A stretch of DNA of 64,000 bases from Hydrolagus affinis (GCA_012026655.1 JAAILG010000038.1:62001-126000); one strand, 5' to 3'; counted from the first letter of the stretch, positions 11,136 through 24,633 are shown. Notes: generated by a model not told the origin, from the letters alone. Numbers and translations: made by a program.

Positions 11136-11309
11136 GCTGAGGTTCACTGCAAAATTCTGTCTCTCCCAAGGGCTCACAAACAGCCACCAAGTAAATGATT
11201 ATTTTATTTGCTGGATTTTTTGGCCAGGATATTGGAGAAACTCCTTTCTGTTTTCGAGTAGCATCATTGACATCCAACTGGTAAGGCAGGCGGCACCTTG
11301 AATTATTCA

Positions 11310-11715
11310 GTGAAAATCTGAGCCTTGAAGCCAGCTAGATCCCAGGTTCATTACCTGCTCTGTGCTGAGTGAGCTGATCAACAACAACAACTTGCATTTA
11401 TATAGCACCTTTCACACAGGGCAGCGTCCCAGAGCGACTACGATCAGAACAGCTATTGAGATGTTACAATTGTGGCCTCATTGGCCCCAGGGTTTGGGAG
11501 TGTGGGTAAAATCAGTCAGTGATTCCTGTGGCTGAAACCTCACCCAGAAGCACATAAACACAAAGATCTTGGAGAAGGGAAGGTTACCCTGAAGCTATGC
11601 TATCTACCTCCTTCCCACTTTAACCAATTGTGAATATTGTACCTTCAAGGGTCATAGATGAAACTTGGGTGAGGTACCAGAGAGGTCATGCGGTGTGGAG
11701 CTATATCATTGAGAA
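11310..11715 (+). mobile_element. Old SINE-like family C copy with an L2 tail inserted at about 11378-11440 (minus)
   Basis: CCCAGGTTC...CTGTGCTGAGTGAGCTGATC...GGCCTCATTGGCCCCAGGGTTTGGGAG...CTTGGGTGAGGTACCAG. Confidence 0.55.
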
Positions 11716-14700
11716 ATGAGACAAGAAAACAAACATTTTTGTGAGAGAAGGGGAGAATTTAGAAGAACCTTTACATTTGATGTAGTGCCTTATCATGTTG
11801 TTGAGACATCTCAAAGTGCTTGAATTCTTTATCATTCTTTAGAAGTGCATTCAGGGAAATGTGCAGCTGCATTTGATATTGATCATCTTTAAAGTATTCT
11901 TTGAACAAAGTGGAAGATCCTACAAGACTGTTACATCAGATTATTTCCTTTAGAGCTACCAGGGCTTGGCTTTCTCAGGTTACATCATCCAGGGCGGCCT
12001 CAATGGTTTTAGTTTGGAAAAGGTTCAGCTCCCAGGGATCTTGTTATAATGAACTCGCTCCATTTTGCACATGTGCTTTTGCAATTCTCAAAGAGTCAAA
12101 AGGACGTGTGTCACTCCACAGGTTGCTTTGCTTGCCAGCTAGTTAAGTCAGTCGACCAATATAACACTGTTCGGACAAGATGCTGGGGGTGAAAACTGCA
12201 ACTTTCAATGTGAAAATTATCACATGGTTGGATTGCTGCTCCCGATGAAAGGGGAAGCAGGAGGGAGTGAAATGACAAGATGCTAGAAAAAAAATCTCAG
12301 TCCTTCATTCAAGAGCCTCTGTGGATATGTAAGAGTTAGGGACTAGAGCACTTCTCTAAAGTGGGATTAGGAGAGCAGTGTATTATAATACTGTAATATT
12401 AATCCTTGCATTTGATAAAGTGCCTAATCATGTTGAGACGTCTCACGGGGTGTACTGTAAAGTGGTGTGGCTGTGCGTATTTTGTGACCAAACGCAGTAA
12501 ACCTTAATCCAACAAGATGGGTAAAGCAGAGGACCTCTGGTATGGAGTATCACCAGAAATCACTGGTCATTCTACCCAACAGCAAAGCTGTCTCAGTGCA
12601 CCAACTACATTAAGGGGGAAATAAAATCACAGGGCGGAGCAATATGGTTAAAGGGAATATGCACTGACCAACAAATTGCAGGAGGCAGCTATAGCAACAA
12701 TGGAGCAAGTGAGTGTCTTCCTTGGACAATGTCTAGTCCTGAGTAAACTTGCTGTAACTGTATGTTTTCCGAGCGGTCACATCTGTCCCTTGCCTGCTTC
12801 TGACAACACGCTGGAGAGAAGCATCCTTAAGATAGTGTTGTTTACTCGCCTTCTGTTCATCATTACCAGAAACTCCTGGCTTTGTATTTGCATCACACAC
12901 AAATAAAGACTGAAAGAAAATACAATGACAACAGAAAAAGAAAATGTCCGTTGACCTACCTATTGCGCTTCACTTTCCCCGCCCCCCCCACCCCCACCCC
13001 ACCACCACCCACCACCCACACCCACGTTGGTAGGCACTGTGTTATTCATTTAAAGACACGGGTTGACCATTAGACATCAACCTGTTCCACAGAACAAAAT
13101 CCGCTGGTTAAAGGCCTGCCAGACAAAGGGAACACTAGCTATGGAAACCCCAGTGATGTTGTCATTAAGAGTTGTGCCTGTATTATCACTTTGTTGGTGT
13201 CGGATGTTATTTACTGGGGCCTTTAATGTGGGATTTCACAAATGTAGTCATCAACGAGGGGGAAAAAACATAAAGTTGACCGGATTTGATGTTTTCAAAT
13301 GCTCGCACTTTGGATTAGCATCGATATATGCTTTCAGGCGCTCTTCCCATGTGAAAGGCGTAAGGATTATTATTATTTTCATTATTATTAGTAGTATATG
13401 TTTTATCTACACACCTCAAGGCAGTACAGAGCTTCCTGGTTACTGCAGGATAATGCAAATGCACTGATGCGGTAGCAAACCTGTCAACAAAATAAAAACA
13501 AGACAACCTATTTAATGTGAAGGAGGCAGTCGATTACAATGAAAATGATGTGTTTTCCTCTGTGATGTTTCTAATTGAACAACAATGACTCTAGCAAGAT
13601 TTGTGAGGGCTTCTCCTACACAAATATTTATTTAAAATATTAAATTGACTTAGGAGAAAAGCAAACTAGTCAATAACATTTTCGCACAGAGCCACTGATT
13701 CACATTTTGCTCGTGCATTTTCTTCTTGCTGATTTTTCAGGGCGTCTGTTTGTGTGTATGTGTGTGTGTGTATGTGTGTCTGTGGGTGAGGGAGAGAAGA
13801 AAGGGGGGATATAATCTTCAGCTTTCCACATGTCACAGAATAGTTGCAGCTTTGTTTATCGCTTTCTGAATGCGTTGAGTTTAAAATTGCTCTATATTTT
13901 CCAAAAGGCCCAAAAGCACTTAACACATGGAATATGGACAGAAACCAGCAAGAATACCTAGGAAACAAGCTAAAACCAAAACAGGTTTACTTTTCGCGGA
14001 ACTGCAAGATGCAGTCAAATTACTGGAACATGCTTATTAAGCACTCCCCTTAATGCTCATTTTCTGATATCAATTGTTTATTATTAAACACACTTTATAT
14101 CCTTCTTTCTTTCCTTCCCCACCACACCATCCTGCCAAAAACTCAAATAAAGTTTAAAATACAAGAAAAAAAAATATTCCCCAGCCTGCTGCATCTGGGC
14201 AGCCACCTTTCTCTCTGACAATTCTCCGACTCCACATCCAAGCAAATGTTTTTTTGTCTGTGTGTTCCAAAAAGGCCAAATTCACTAATTATACATTGTG
14301 AAAGGAATTTGCCTGAGTGTAAGATGATCCTAGCGATATGCTAATCCCTTTTTCTGCTTGCTGCTGCCTGGAGCCTGTGTTTAATATTGTTTTTTTTAAA
14401 CACTGTACAACAATAAAAGTTGCTGCAACAAAGGAAATAAATGGCCAGCCAAAGAAGGTGCAGCTCAAACACATGGCAGACTATTTCCCTTCTCCTTCTG
14501 GCTGCTCTTTTGTGGGCAAGTGGCAGAATACAGCGTCTCAAAGTGAAAAGCAGAAATCCAACCACCTTAGCAACTTAGTGTGACACACTGGCCCCCGTAC
14601 TGAAGGTCTATGAATAGTCAGCACCAGTAGACAAAACGGAACTAATCTTTTGTGACAGACTTATTCGTTTGCAGGGGAACAGCAATGCAAAAGGCTGTGT

Positions 14701-14765
14701 GCACTCGGGAGCACATGCATCAACAATGGAGACCTTCTGCATGAAAACACTTGTCACTCTTACCA

Positions 14766-14861
14766 TCACCCCCAACCCCCCTCCCACACCCCCACCACCC
14801 AGCAACCCCCAGCCACCACCCCCCCCCCACCCCTAACCCCCCAACCCCTTCCCCTTTCCCC
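14766..14861 (-). repeat. G-rich low-complexity tract (G-quadruplex-capable on minus)
   Basis: More than eight runs of CCC or longer on the plus strand. Confidence 0.8.
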
Positions 14862-16607
14862 GACCAGAGAGAGAAAAATATATCAATAAAACTAAAAATA
14901 AATTCAGTGCCAAACGTTGCACTGAACAAACTATGTTCAATTCTCTATCTCTTCTCCCCACAAAGTTGACTGAGCGCTTTCCAGCTTGTAAAGTGGATGT
15001 GGACACGCGCAAGGATGCATCTAACCCGAGTGCACACGGGAATCATGCTCTCTTTTTTTGTAGCCTAAGAAAAACCTCTTGCAAATGTTGCTTCTCTGCT
15101 AGGGTCTGAGATGGCAATTTTAATGTCTATGTCAGAGCGCGAGTGAAAGTGTGGGTTTTGTAATGTAGCCTCACCAGCTGCAGTGTTGCCGTTTAAAATT
15201 CAGCTTACTAGCAGGAAGAGGGCTAATCCTACCCCCATAATTCCCTACAGCCAAACTGTCCCCACTCCTTGACTGACAGTGAAATGCAAAGACACTACCA
15301 TGCTTATCTCACACAACCAGATGGCAGGCTTGGATCAATGCACACACGCCATGATCAATGTGAGCGATAAAGAATTAGGGAAACAGTACTACATGCTCCC
15401 AGAAAGCTTGTACACTGCATAATTATTTTATGATTCTACACATGGTTACGTATGATACTGGAGTCGAGGAGGAAGGTGATAATGAGACTGACAGAAATAA
15501 TTTTTTACTTGTACTTTGAAACACTGTGGACGCCAGCAGCTTGCCATTCGCTCGTCAAGCTGCCTTCCTATCAAAGTTATCAAATGCTTAAAGGGTGTTC
15601 CAAGATATCTCTAATTCCTGTGTGTATGCAAGAGCAATAAGGTTTATTTTTCTTTTAAAAATGTATAGATGTGGATTCATAAAAATTGGGAAATGGAACC
15701 CGCTAATGATTATAATAGTAACAATCCTTCCATTTGATATAGTGCCTTATCGCATTGTTGAGACATCCCAAAGCGTTTCACAGAATATACTGTAAAGTGA
15801 GTTGGCTGTGTAATTTGTGGGAAAAATGAATTATGTTGTCAAAACGAAATGTCACCATTTGGATGTATGTGTCGTGTATACGTGTTTAAGAAAAAAAAGT
15901 ACAATTCAGCTCAGGGAAAAGCTAAGTCACTGTGCACTTCACACGCATGAAAGGAAACTTCGAAGGGCAACTATCCTTGATCAAAAGGGTAGCTGCAAAA
16001 TTCTTTGATCTAAGATGGTAGAATTTAGGAACTGGCCAATTCTGGGCCGCACACATCAGCTGATGCACATTTTTATCTGAAAGCTGTTTATTGCACGCTG
16101 AAGCATGCAAATGGGACGCTTGGATGTACTTCTTCCTGCTCCTCCGATCCCTCTTTCTCTCATCTTTCTTTCTTTCTCTCGCTCTCTCTCTCCCCCAGAT
16201 TCCCCCCAGCAGAAGCAGAGGCGATTTCTGCCTCTTTATCTTAAACAGGGTAAATTTGTGTGTGAGTGTGTGGTGGGGGCCGGAGAGGCAGGTGCTATGC
16301 TATGTAACATCAAAGAGCCTGCTTCCTTTCACGGAAATTGTGCTGTTGGTAAAAATCAGGGGGCAAAAAAAAAGCAGGTAATTAAGCTATTATGATAACC
16401 GAGTTGCTCTCAAGCTGGTTTACCTGGTTTTTTCTCAAGATTTACATATATGTGAGTAAGTGTGTGTGTGTGAGTGTGGGAGGATGGCTGAATAGAACAG
16501 TCATTTGCTCAGACTATTTCTAGCAGAGGTGAAGGGAACCTTTCCCCCCACATCGATAGTATCCATCCAGTGTGTCATTTTAGTGAAAAAAAATCAATAG
16601 GAAATAT

Positions 16608-16848
16608 GCCATTTCACCCACAATTACACAGTCAATCCATTTTACAATATATACACAGGACAATCACAGGACAATTTTCGCCCACAAAATAAGCAGTCAA
16701 TTGAATGAAACACTTTGAGACGTCTCAACAACGCGATAATTGGGCAATATTAAATGCAGGGATGCCTTTTCTATTCTGTGAAGCGCTTTGAGATGTTTTA
16801 ACGACGTGATTCGATGCTGCATCAAATGCAAGAATTATTATTATTTAT
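16608..16848 (+). mobile_element. Three stacked family A SINE 3' fragments
   Basis: CCCACAA...CAGTCAAT occurs twice and CTTTGAGA...AAATGCA occurs twice. Confidence 0.75.
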
Positions 16849-17597
16849 GATGGGACCATTTGTTTTTACACACACGCTCACACGCACACACTCAGGGGCA
16901 GACGTTTGTTAAAAAGAACTGCACGGACTGGTCCTTTCACACAAATGACAAACGGGATTCTGTGGACTGAGCGAGGATGGCAATGCATTTTTTTTTTTGT
17001 GGGAGGTCAAACGTTTGTCCTTTGCAACCAAACAAAACATTTCTGTTAAATCTAAAAGGCAGTTATAGTATCTTGAGCTAAACGCAAGCTTATGCCGCTG
17101 AGGGCCATGTAGACGGAGGGCGCCACCAAGAGGCTTTTTTGTAATGCCTGTCAGTTCAATTGCAATAGTCTGGAGATCACAGGCATATTTGAGTCAGTCT
17201 GTTGAAGGGAACATCAGTCAGCTGAGTGTAAGTGTAATCGCTTTCCTTTTTCCAGAATTTTTTTCTCTCGCAACTCTAAGATCACACAAGCCGCGGATCA
17301 TAGAAAATGCAGAAGCATGAAATTTAATTTTTTAAAATTCCTTCCTGAGGGTACGCGTTGTAGAGGTGTTTAATAAAACCTTAAAATCATCGGCAGATAA
17401 TTACACAGGAGGTAAGTGTCCCTTCTTTTCAGTAACAAAAGTAACGGAGACACATTTGGCTGAAAGGGCCGTCATTCGGCTCCAATAATGGAATCAAAAG
17501 TTTGCACACAAAACAAACTGAGCTAAGCTTGTGGTAAGCAGTGTGCATTGAGCACGATGTCAGAATTAGCGTCCCTTCCCCTTGCTTCACAGGTCGG

Positions 17598-17860
17598 TTT
17601 GGAATGAAGAAGACCATTTGGCCCACCCGATCTCATCCCTCCAGCGCACTCACCCTCCTTGCCCTCCTATCACTGCATCGAGTGGATTTTTAAAAGTGTC
17701 CCGGTGTCCTGGCTTCAACCACTCTTGCTGGCAACCTGTTCCAATCATTAATTCCTCTCTGGGTAAAGGAAAACCTCTTGTGTCTGTCCTGAAATTGCCA
17801 TTTGTAACTCTAAAACTATGTTCACTTGTTTTACTGTCTTGGTGCATCCAAACATATTGT
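17598..17860 (-). mobile_element. CR1 LINE 3' end
   Basis: The minus-strand ORF has ...GNFRTDTR..F...; the tail is homologous to 5940-6004. Confidence 0.7.
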
Positions 17861-18242
17861 TGTGGTTGTGCAGGACAGGCTGTAACTGGCAAATGTCCCC
17901 AAATCCTGAGTTCTGTTGTCCCACCGCTATTTACCGCCAAACACAAAGTCTAACAAATGTTACCAGTCCTTTGTCTCCTGGACACTTTTTAGAATCTCAA
18001 AGTCCAATCCAACCAGAAGGATGGACTGTAGAGGAAACGAGGAAGGAAGAGTAAGAAACAGCATTCTGCGCCCCAAAAAAAATCCCAAGTGCAACAAGAT
18101 TCAGGAGAAACTTAATCTTGCAAAATGCCGACTGAAGCCATGGGAAAGGTTGACAACAGAGGCTGGTTACCAGGCAGGCCCAGCATTAACTTCACCACTG
18201 GAGGCAGTGGAGATGGTGACTGCATGGCGCTATATGCCTTCC

Positions 18243-18350
18243 TATTTTTCACACAAAGGGTGGTAGAAATCTGGAACTCTCCCACCAAAAAAACACTGTG
18301 GATGCTGGATCAATTCAAATTTTTAAGACAGGTCTGTAGATTTTTGTTAG
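18243..18350 (+). mobile_element. CR1 ORF2 C-terminal fragment
   Basis: Encodes FFTQRVVEIWNS, a CR1 C-terminal motif. Confidence 0.75.
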
Positions 18351-18574
18351 AGCCACACCCCCTCAGCTCCCACCCACACAACAGGATTGATAAGTGCCTT
18401 GGAGCATCCTCCTGATATGAAAGACTTTATATATTTGTGTAAACCTGTATTTGTATACTGATTAGCCTTTGGTATTTGATAATCAAAACAACCATCTCAA
18501 TTTTAATACTGTACCATTCTTACTGTGAATAATAATTCCAGTGTTTCCACTCAGCTAGTGTTTTCACTGTGTTG

Positions 18575-18810
18575 GTATATGACCTGGGTTCAATTCAATT
18601 TCTGGGAGGGGCAAAGCCGTAGGCATGTTTCCTTGCTCCACACACAACAACCCTCTGTTTACCTAGCAGAAGTTTACCCTAACCAAGTTGTTAGTTGATT
18701 AGCAATCATTTTCTATAGGCATAAATCTCTACCCCCCAAAAAAAGGGTCACTCAATCCATGACTGCACATCCTTTCAAGACATTTCAATGCTGTGATAAG
18801 GCTCTATATC
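18575..18810 (+). mobile_element. tRNA-SINE family A, degenerate
   Basis: GACCTGGGTTCAATTC B-box region, then the family A body. Confidence 0.6.
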
Positions 18811-19125
18811 AACAACAACAACCACAAAATTACATTTGTAGAGCGCCTTTCACGTCGGGAAGAGTCGGTCGGAACACAACTGAAGGCACTGTGAACGGTG
18901 GAAGCGGACAGGTTGATAGGTGTCAGTAGGTCAGAGAGGTAGGAGGAGACAAGGCCGTGGAGGACCTTGAAGGACGAGGATCTTGAATTCGAACCTCTGA
19001 GGAATGCCAGTGGAGCCAGGGGATGGGTGGGGGTGATGGGGTCGCAGAGCCTGGTGCGGGAGAGGACACGAGCTGAAGAGTTTTGGATGATCTGCAGCTT
19101 GTAGAGTTGGGGAGGCTGACAAGGA
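18808..19125 (-). mobile_element. L2 LINE 3' fragment with internal deletion
   Basis: Encodes LYKLQIIQNSSARVLSRTRL.DPITP and QRFEFKILV; (TTG)n tail. Confidence 0.85.
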
Positions 19126-19584
19126 GGGAGGATTATTATTATTATTATTATATCCTGGATATATTGTACAGTTAACTTACAGTGATACCAGTTTCCTAGC
19201 AAGAGATAGCAGACGTGCGCTGGTTTAATCACAAACCTGTTCAGCTTGACAAGGTATTTCAGACAAATCAATACCAACAAAAGGCTGAGCTAGCTTTGCT
19301 AACACCAAGATCTGGCAGGTATCTCACTGCCCAGCTTTCACAAGGTGGCTTCTTGTTTCATATCAGTTACTTAAGTGTGAAACCCATTCCCCCACCAAAA
19401 AAACCCTAAAATACATTACAAGTTTCCAATTGCCTGCATATTGCATATTGCAAGATAACATAATAACTTTCTGTTTTTTTTAATATCCTGTGGTTAAAAC
19501 TACATCGGATGTGATACCTTTGAACACCCCATTCGTTCTGCTTTGAGATTAAAGTAAGTGAGATTACTTTACATCCATGTAGAT

Positions 19585-19750
19585 GGAATATCTTGTAGCG
19601 TACTTGCCTCACTACGAGACGACCTGGGTTCGATTCCCGGGTAGGGCAAATGGGTATTAGAGCAGTTACCTGCAATGGATGAGCTAGCACCAGGTTCAAC
19701 TGGACAGGTCGAATAGCCTCATCTAGTGTAATGACTCTATTACATGTAAT
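19585..19750 (+). mobile_element. Short SINE with tRNA-like head and CR1-like tail
   Basis: B box GGTTCGATTCCC (19627-19638); 3' end GGACAGGTCGAATAGCCTCATCT resembles the CR1 terminus GGGCCGAATGGCCT. Confidence 0.5.
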
Positions 19751-19835
19751 ATGGATCTAATACATTCGCCTCCATTTTGGGCAAGTTTCCTGATCATAAT
19801 AATAATAATCCTCGCATTAGTATTATTATTATATT

Positions 19836-20390
19836 AAAACCTGGGTTTGATTCCAGGTAGGGCCAACCCTTGGGCGAGTTTCCTTATTCCACACACCTGA
19901 TGATAATCCCTCAAGAAAAAACAATAATAAATTGGTTACTTCAATCCACGACTGTTTGTAGGACATTGCTGTGCCCAATTGGCTACCGCATTTCGCCCAC
20001 AAATATATAATCAATTCACTTAACAGTATAGTTTGTGAAGCGCTTTGAGCAGTCTAGAAGACGTGAAAAGTGCTATATCAAATGCAAAGATTATTATTTT
20101 TATTATCATAAATGGTATATGATAAAGGGCCTCATCACATCATTGAGACATCTAAAAGTGCTTCACAGAATATACTTTAATGTGAATTGACTGCACGTAT
20201 CTGTAAAATAAATATTTTACTAACCAATTCTTGTTCGGGCATTTTAGACCGAATAGAATTGTGGATCCATGCACAGCTGTGGACTGCAAAACTACACTGT
20301 CACTACACACTTTACATTCTGTGAGGTGCTTTGAGCCATCCCCCTGACGTGAAAGGCGCTATATCAAAGGCGCAAGGATTATTATGATTT
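19836..20390. mobile_element. Family A SINE cluster (19836-20105 plus, 20105-20205 minus, 20270-20390 plus)
   Basis: ACCTGGGTTTGATTCC head region and family A tails in both orientations. Confidence 0.8.
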
Positions 20391-20506
20391 GCAGTTTTGT
20401 TCAGAATGAGCGGCTGAATGACCAGTTAGCAGCGCAAAACCTTCAAAGACTATTTATGTGGAATTTATAGAATCCTTGATCAAAAGACAGAATATACTGC
20501 AGAATA

Positions 20507-21153
20507 TGCTAAAATTAAGCTACAAAGGCACACTTGGCGTTGTTTATGTGCGGATAGTTTCTTTTCCCCCATTCTCTCCACTTTACAATAGAAGTGCCAC
20601 ATGCTGTTTAAGGAATTTGTGGTGGTTTTGAATTGTAGAAACCAATCATTTTGACTTGTTTTTAAATGTCAGGCGACAGACTACAATATTTCTCCAGATT
20701 CAATTGGACCTCAACACTTCGCAGCTCCTACATGCTCCATCGATGCAGAATGCAATCCCCTCCCCGCCCCCATTTGCCCACTGCACAACCATATTGCTTT
20801 CTGTATAATGTTTTTTTTTTGGCCTTCGCCCCTACATCTATAAACTGCACTCTCTAATCTTGCAAAATCCATTGGGATTATACGAGCTGGATAAAACCTC
20901 TCAAGTGCTTTCCATATCTACAAAGAGCAATATCAAAAGTCCACGCAATTTTGTATGAATTCAGATAAAAATTTGTGTTGCTAAAATTAAGCTACAAAGG
21001 CACACTTGCCGTTGTTTATATGCCGATAGTTTTTTTCCCCCCATTCTCTTGACTTTACGATAGAAGTGTCACGTGCTTTTTAAGGAATTTGTGGAGGTTT
21101 TGAATTATAGAAACCAATTTTTTTTGCTTGTTTTTAAACGCCAGCCGAAAGAC
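20507..21153 (+). repeat. Direct repeat of about 175 bp (20507-20681 and 20979-21153)
   Basis: TGCTAAAATTAAGCTACAAAGGCACACTTG...TTGTTTTTAAA occurs twice, 472 bp apart, with scattered substitutions. Confidence 0.92.
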
Positions 21154-23162
21154 CTCACGACTGTAACAGTATATGAGTGCCTTTTGTGTGAGCATATTGT
21201 ACATATGTAGCTATTTTACAGATTGTGTGTGTGCATGTACACATGTTATATTCTTTTGGTATATGTACCTTAAACAAGCTGCGCTTCAGTTTTTGATGAA
21301 GCTATAAACATAATTTCCTTCTATCTTCAGCCCTTCCTCAAAACCCTAACATGAGCATTAGAAAGATCACCAATGTGGCAGAGCTGTGCAGGTGTAACAT
21401 TAATAGTGTTTGCTCCACGTCATGTAGAATTGCAAGACTTCGGCTCCAGTGAGACCACGAGACTGACTGTGAGCTGTAACAACTACAACTTTTATTTATA
21501 TAGCACCCTTCACACAGTGGTACAGTCTTGGTGCGCTAAACAGCAGCAAGTTTGACACTGAGCCGAGGAAAGCGATGGTGGCCATAGGCACAAAGCGGAA
21601 GGTTCATGGCCACAGTGCTATTTGGTAGTCACAGGGTTTCAGCTGTTAGCTCCGACAAATATGCAACGTGTCTCCAACACAGATAGACATTGCATTGTCT
21701 TTCTCACCCACACACACAAGCTAAATGCAACTACAGAGTGGGATCATGTGAGAATGAATTCACTAACTACATTTAATACGTTGCAAACACTAGCCACATA
21801 CGTACGGTAGAGGGAAAAGTTTTGTCCTCGAAATAAAGACTTTTACACAATTTCTGCCTGGTCTATAATTTGAAGACATAGTGCAAATTACAAATACTGT
21901 CACAGCACTTTATAGTAATATCCTCTTTGAAATGTTTTGACAACCCGATAAGGGGCTTTATCAAATCCAAGGATGACTTATGATTATTATTAATAATGGT
22001 ATTTACTTGCAAATAGCACGAGTAAAATGTACACTCAATAATAATATTTTCAGAAACTTGGACAATGCCCTACATTATTCCCCTTGTTTGAACCAGGTTA
22101 CAGGTCTATTCAAATGTTACCAGCAGCTGTAAAATCCTGAGTAAATCAAACCAGCTCAGTTGCAAACCTGAATCAAGTCAGAGTAGCACTTGGTTACACA
22201 AGTAGTGTATATGTTAGAACCCAACGAGCTCTACACTGCCTCATGCTATCTACACTGCCCGATATGCTTCATTCCTGGTTGCCAGGTGACTGCTATCTGG
22301 CATGTACATCAATTGATTCACAGCTATTGTGTACTGTACCATTTGTGTGACTTTTATGTCAATGTTTTGCATTCCTTGAGGGCTTATTAACGCTGCAAAG
22401 ACCTTCTCCGTAGGGGTATTTACCGAGTTCTCTATAAAGCATATTCACGCATCATATTATATTCAATTACCTTTGTCAACAAAGCGTCTTCTAAACTTCT
22501 ACCCCTTTTCCATTTCTTATCAAGAAATGTTTCATTTCACTCTTTTTTTAAGGAATAAAAATGCACACAGAACACAAAAACAAACAGTGAATTGACAAAC
22601 TTGTGTGGAGATCAGGCGTATGCATGCCTGTGCCACAGACTGAGAACCATTCAGCTTATGTCGCATGATCCAAGAGGACTAAGCAACAACAGTTTAGCTG
22701 CTTTAATCCTGGTTAATTTGAGTGCAAAGAAATTCACATGTACCACTAAGACCATTCTCATAGCACAGAGTCTGGGTTTTCAAAACACAGCTTAAGAGAC
22801 TTGAAGTTTATTGATCTGGCGACTTGATAGATTAATTTAGCAACAACAGAAAGGCAAAGCAATAAACAGTGCGGGGCACATGTTGCTGGCTTGTGGGGCA
22901 GTTCAGAGCAACACTGCTCAGTAACCATGCACCAGTCATTTTAAGTATACTTCTTGGCACAGCAGCCCAACCAATATTCTATCTTGCTGTGCTTGAACAT
23001 GTTTAGACTGAAACATATAGGGATTTGGTTTGCATAACAGTTAAAAGCTCCCCAGCCTCCACTTCCCCCAACCTCCCATTGAACTCCCACTGACTTTTTG
23101 TCCTTGATGTGTACTTTCATTTGCAGCTTTTTTAAAAAAAAAAGTTCCAGAGGCTGATGACT

Positions 23163-23466
23163 AATATAATATAATAATTCTAGCATTTGATAAAGCGCCG
23201 TATCACGTCATTGAGACACCTCAAGGTTCTTCACTGTATATACCGTAAAGTGAATTGACTGTGTGTTATGTGGGCAAAGTTGTGGACAGCAGTGTCCCAC
23301 AAATAATTGTGGATTGATTAACCAAATTATTATTATTGTAATTTTTAAACTTTTTTGAAGGGGTTATTACCCCTGGAAAATTATCCACCAATCGACTAAC
23401 AACCGGGTTCCTACTTACTGATAGGTAAACAGAGGCGAGTGGAGTAAGGAAACTTACCTAAGGTTT
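23163..23466 (-). mobile_element. tRNA-SINE family A lacking the tRNA head
   Basis: Family A tail and body through GGAGTAAGGAAACTTACCTAAGGTTT. Confidence 0.85.
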
Positions 23467-23824
23467 AAAAGAAATAAATACATTTCATTTAAACCTTAGG
23501 CTGATGATGAGTGAATTAGAGCGAGAGACTGTGCATGTCTCAAAGAGACAACATTATTCAGAGGAATTTGAGACGATTTGGAACAAATCCAAGGAATGGA
23601 CTTTATTTTAAAAATATTTCCGGGTTATCCAACAGATTTCTCTTCATTATGCAACAAAGAGAAATATCTCTTTTAACAATTCAAAATCAAACCTTCCAAA
23701 CCCAGGAGGACAAAAATAAATACGGTTTTGTGATTCAAAGCTAGGAATTGAATGATGTGTTCTTTCTACCAGTGCTATTTGTCCTGTTCCTAACATAATC
23801 TTAAAAAAAAATGTTATAAACACG

Positions 23825-23986
23825 GTCACTCACTCTTCGTGGGACGTTGCTGTATGCAATTGACTGCGGCATTTCAGACACAAAATACACAGTCAATTTC
23901 TTATATAATATATCCCGTGAAGCACTTTGAGACCTCTCAATGACATGATAAAGCACTAGATCCAAATGCAAGGATTATTATTATTA
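23825..23986 (+). mobile_element. tRNA-SINE family A, 3' part
   Basis: Family A body and AAATGCAAGGATTATTATTATTA. Confidence 0.8.
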
Positions 23987-24633
23987 CCTTCTTCCTAATG
24001 ATAATCTTTTACACCATTGTGGTGCACTTGTATCATATGGTACCTCTACAGACTGCAGGGGCTTTCTGCGTGATTAATGCTGAGCGTAGCCTTAATCTGG
24101 CGGCAAGCGAAAAGGTTTGAGGAATGGAGGTCGACCAGCTGACTCGCCAACAGAACTCCCCGAACAATGACATTATTCACATAGAAAATGTTCCACCCCG
24201 TTCATTAGGAGCTTGTTTCGTCAATCGGACCGTACTAACTAATCAGGGATTAAAATACTTTTGATAATGGCTGCCAGAAACCTCACAGGACGCTGCTGAA
24301 AGTTAATGTTTACAAAGGAATGTAGTGCTGAGGTGATAACTATGACACAGAATTGGTTTCCACACAACCACATTACGCTACACATGGAAATATGCATTGA
24401 GTGAACCTTTAAATGAGCTGCTCTCTCTATTCTATCTATCTTGTGCTTGATTTACGCAAAAGGTATTCATCTGGAGGTGTAGTACAGAGCAGTACGACCC
24501 AACTGAAACACAATCTGGACAGTCATTGCAGACAGAACGCTTTAATCTAAAGAGCTACTGGCACTGAAGCCTGTCCAGACCCCAGAAGGAACAGGAGCCA
24601 CACAAATGGGGATCACACCCATCACACCCATTA

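Noticed and set aside
10423-11277. 284-aa ORF as a gene
   Set aside because: It is a fusion of SINE sequence, the L2 ORF2 end, the N gap and out-of-frame L2 UTR.
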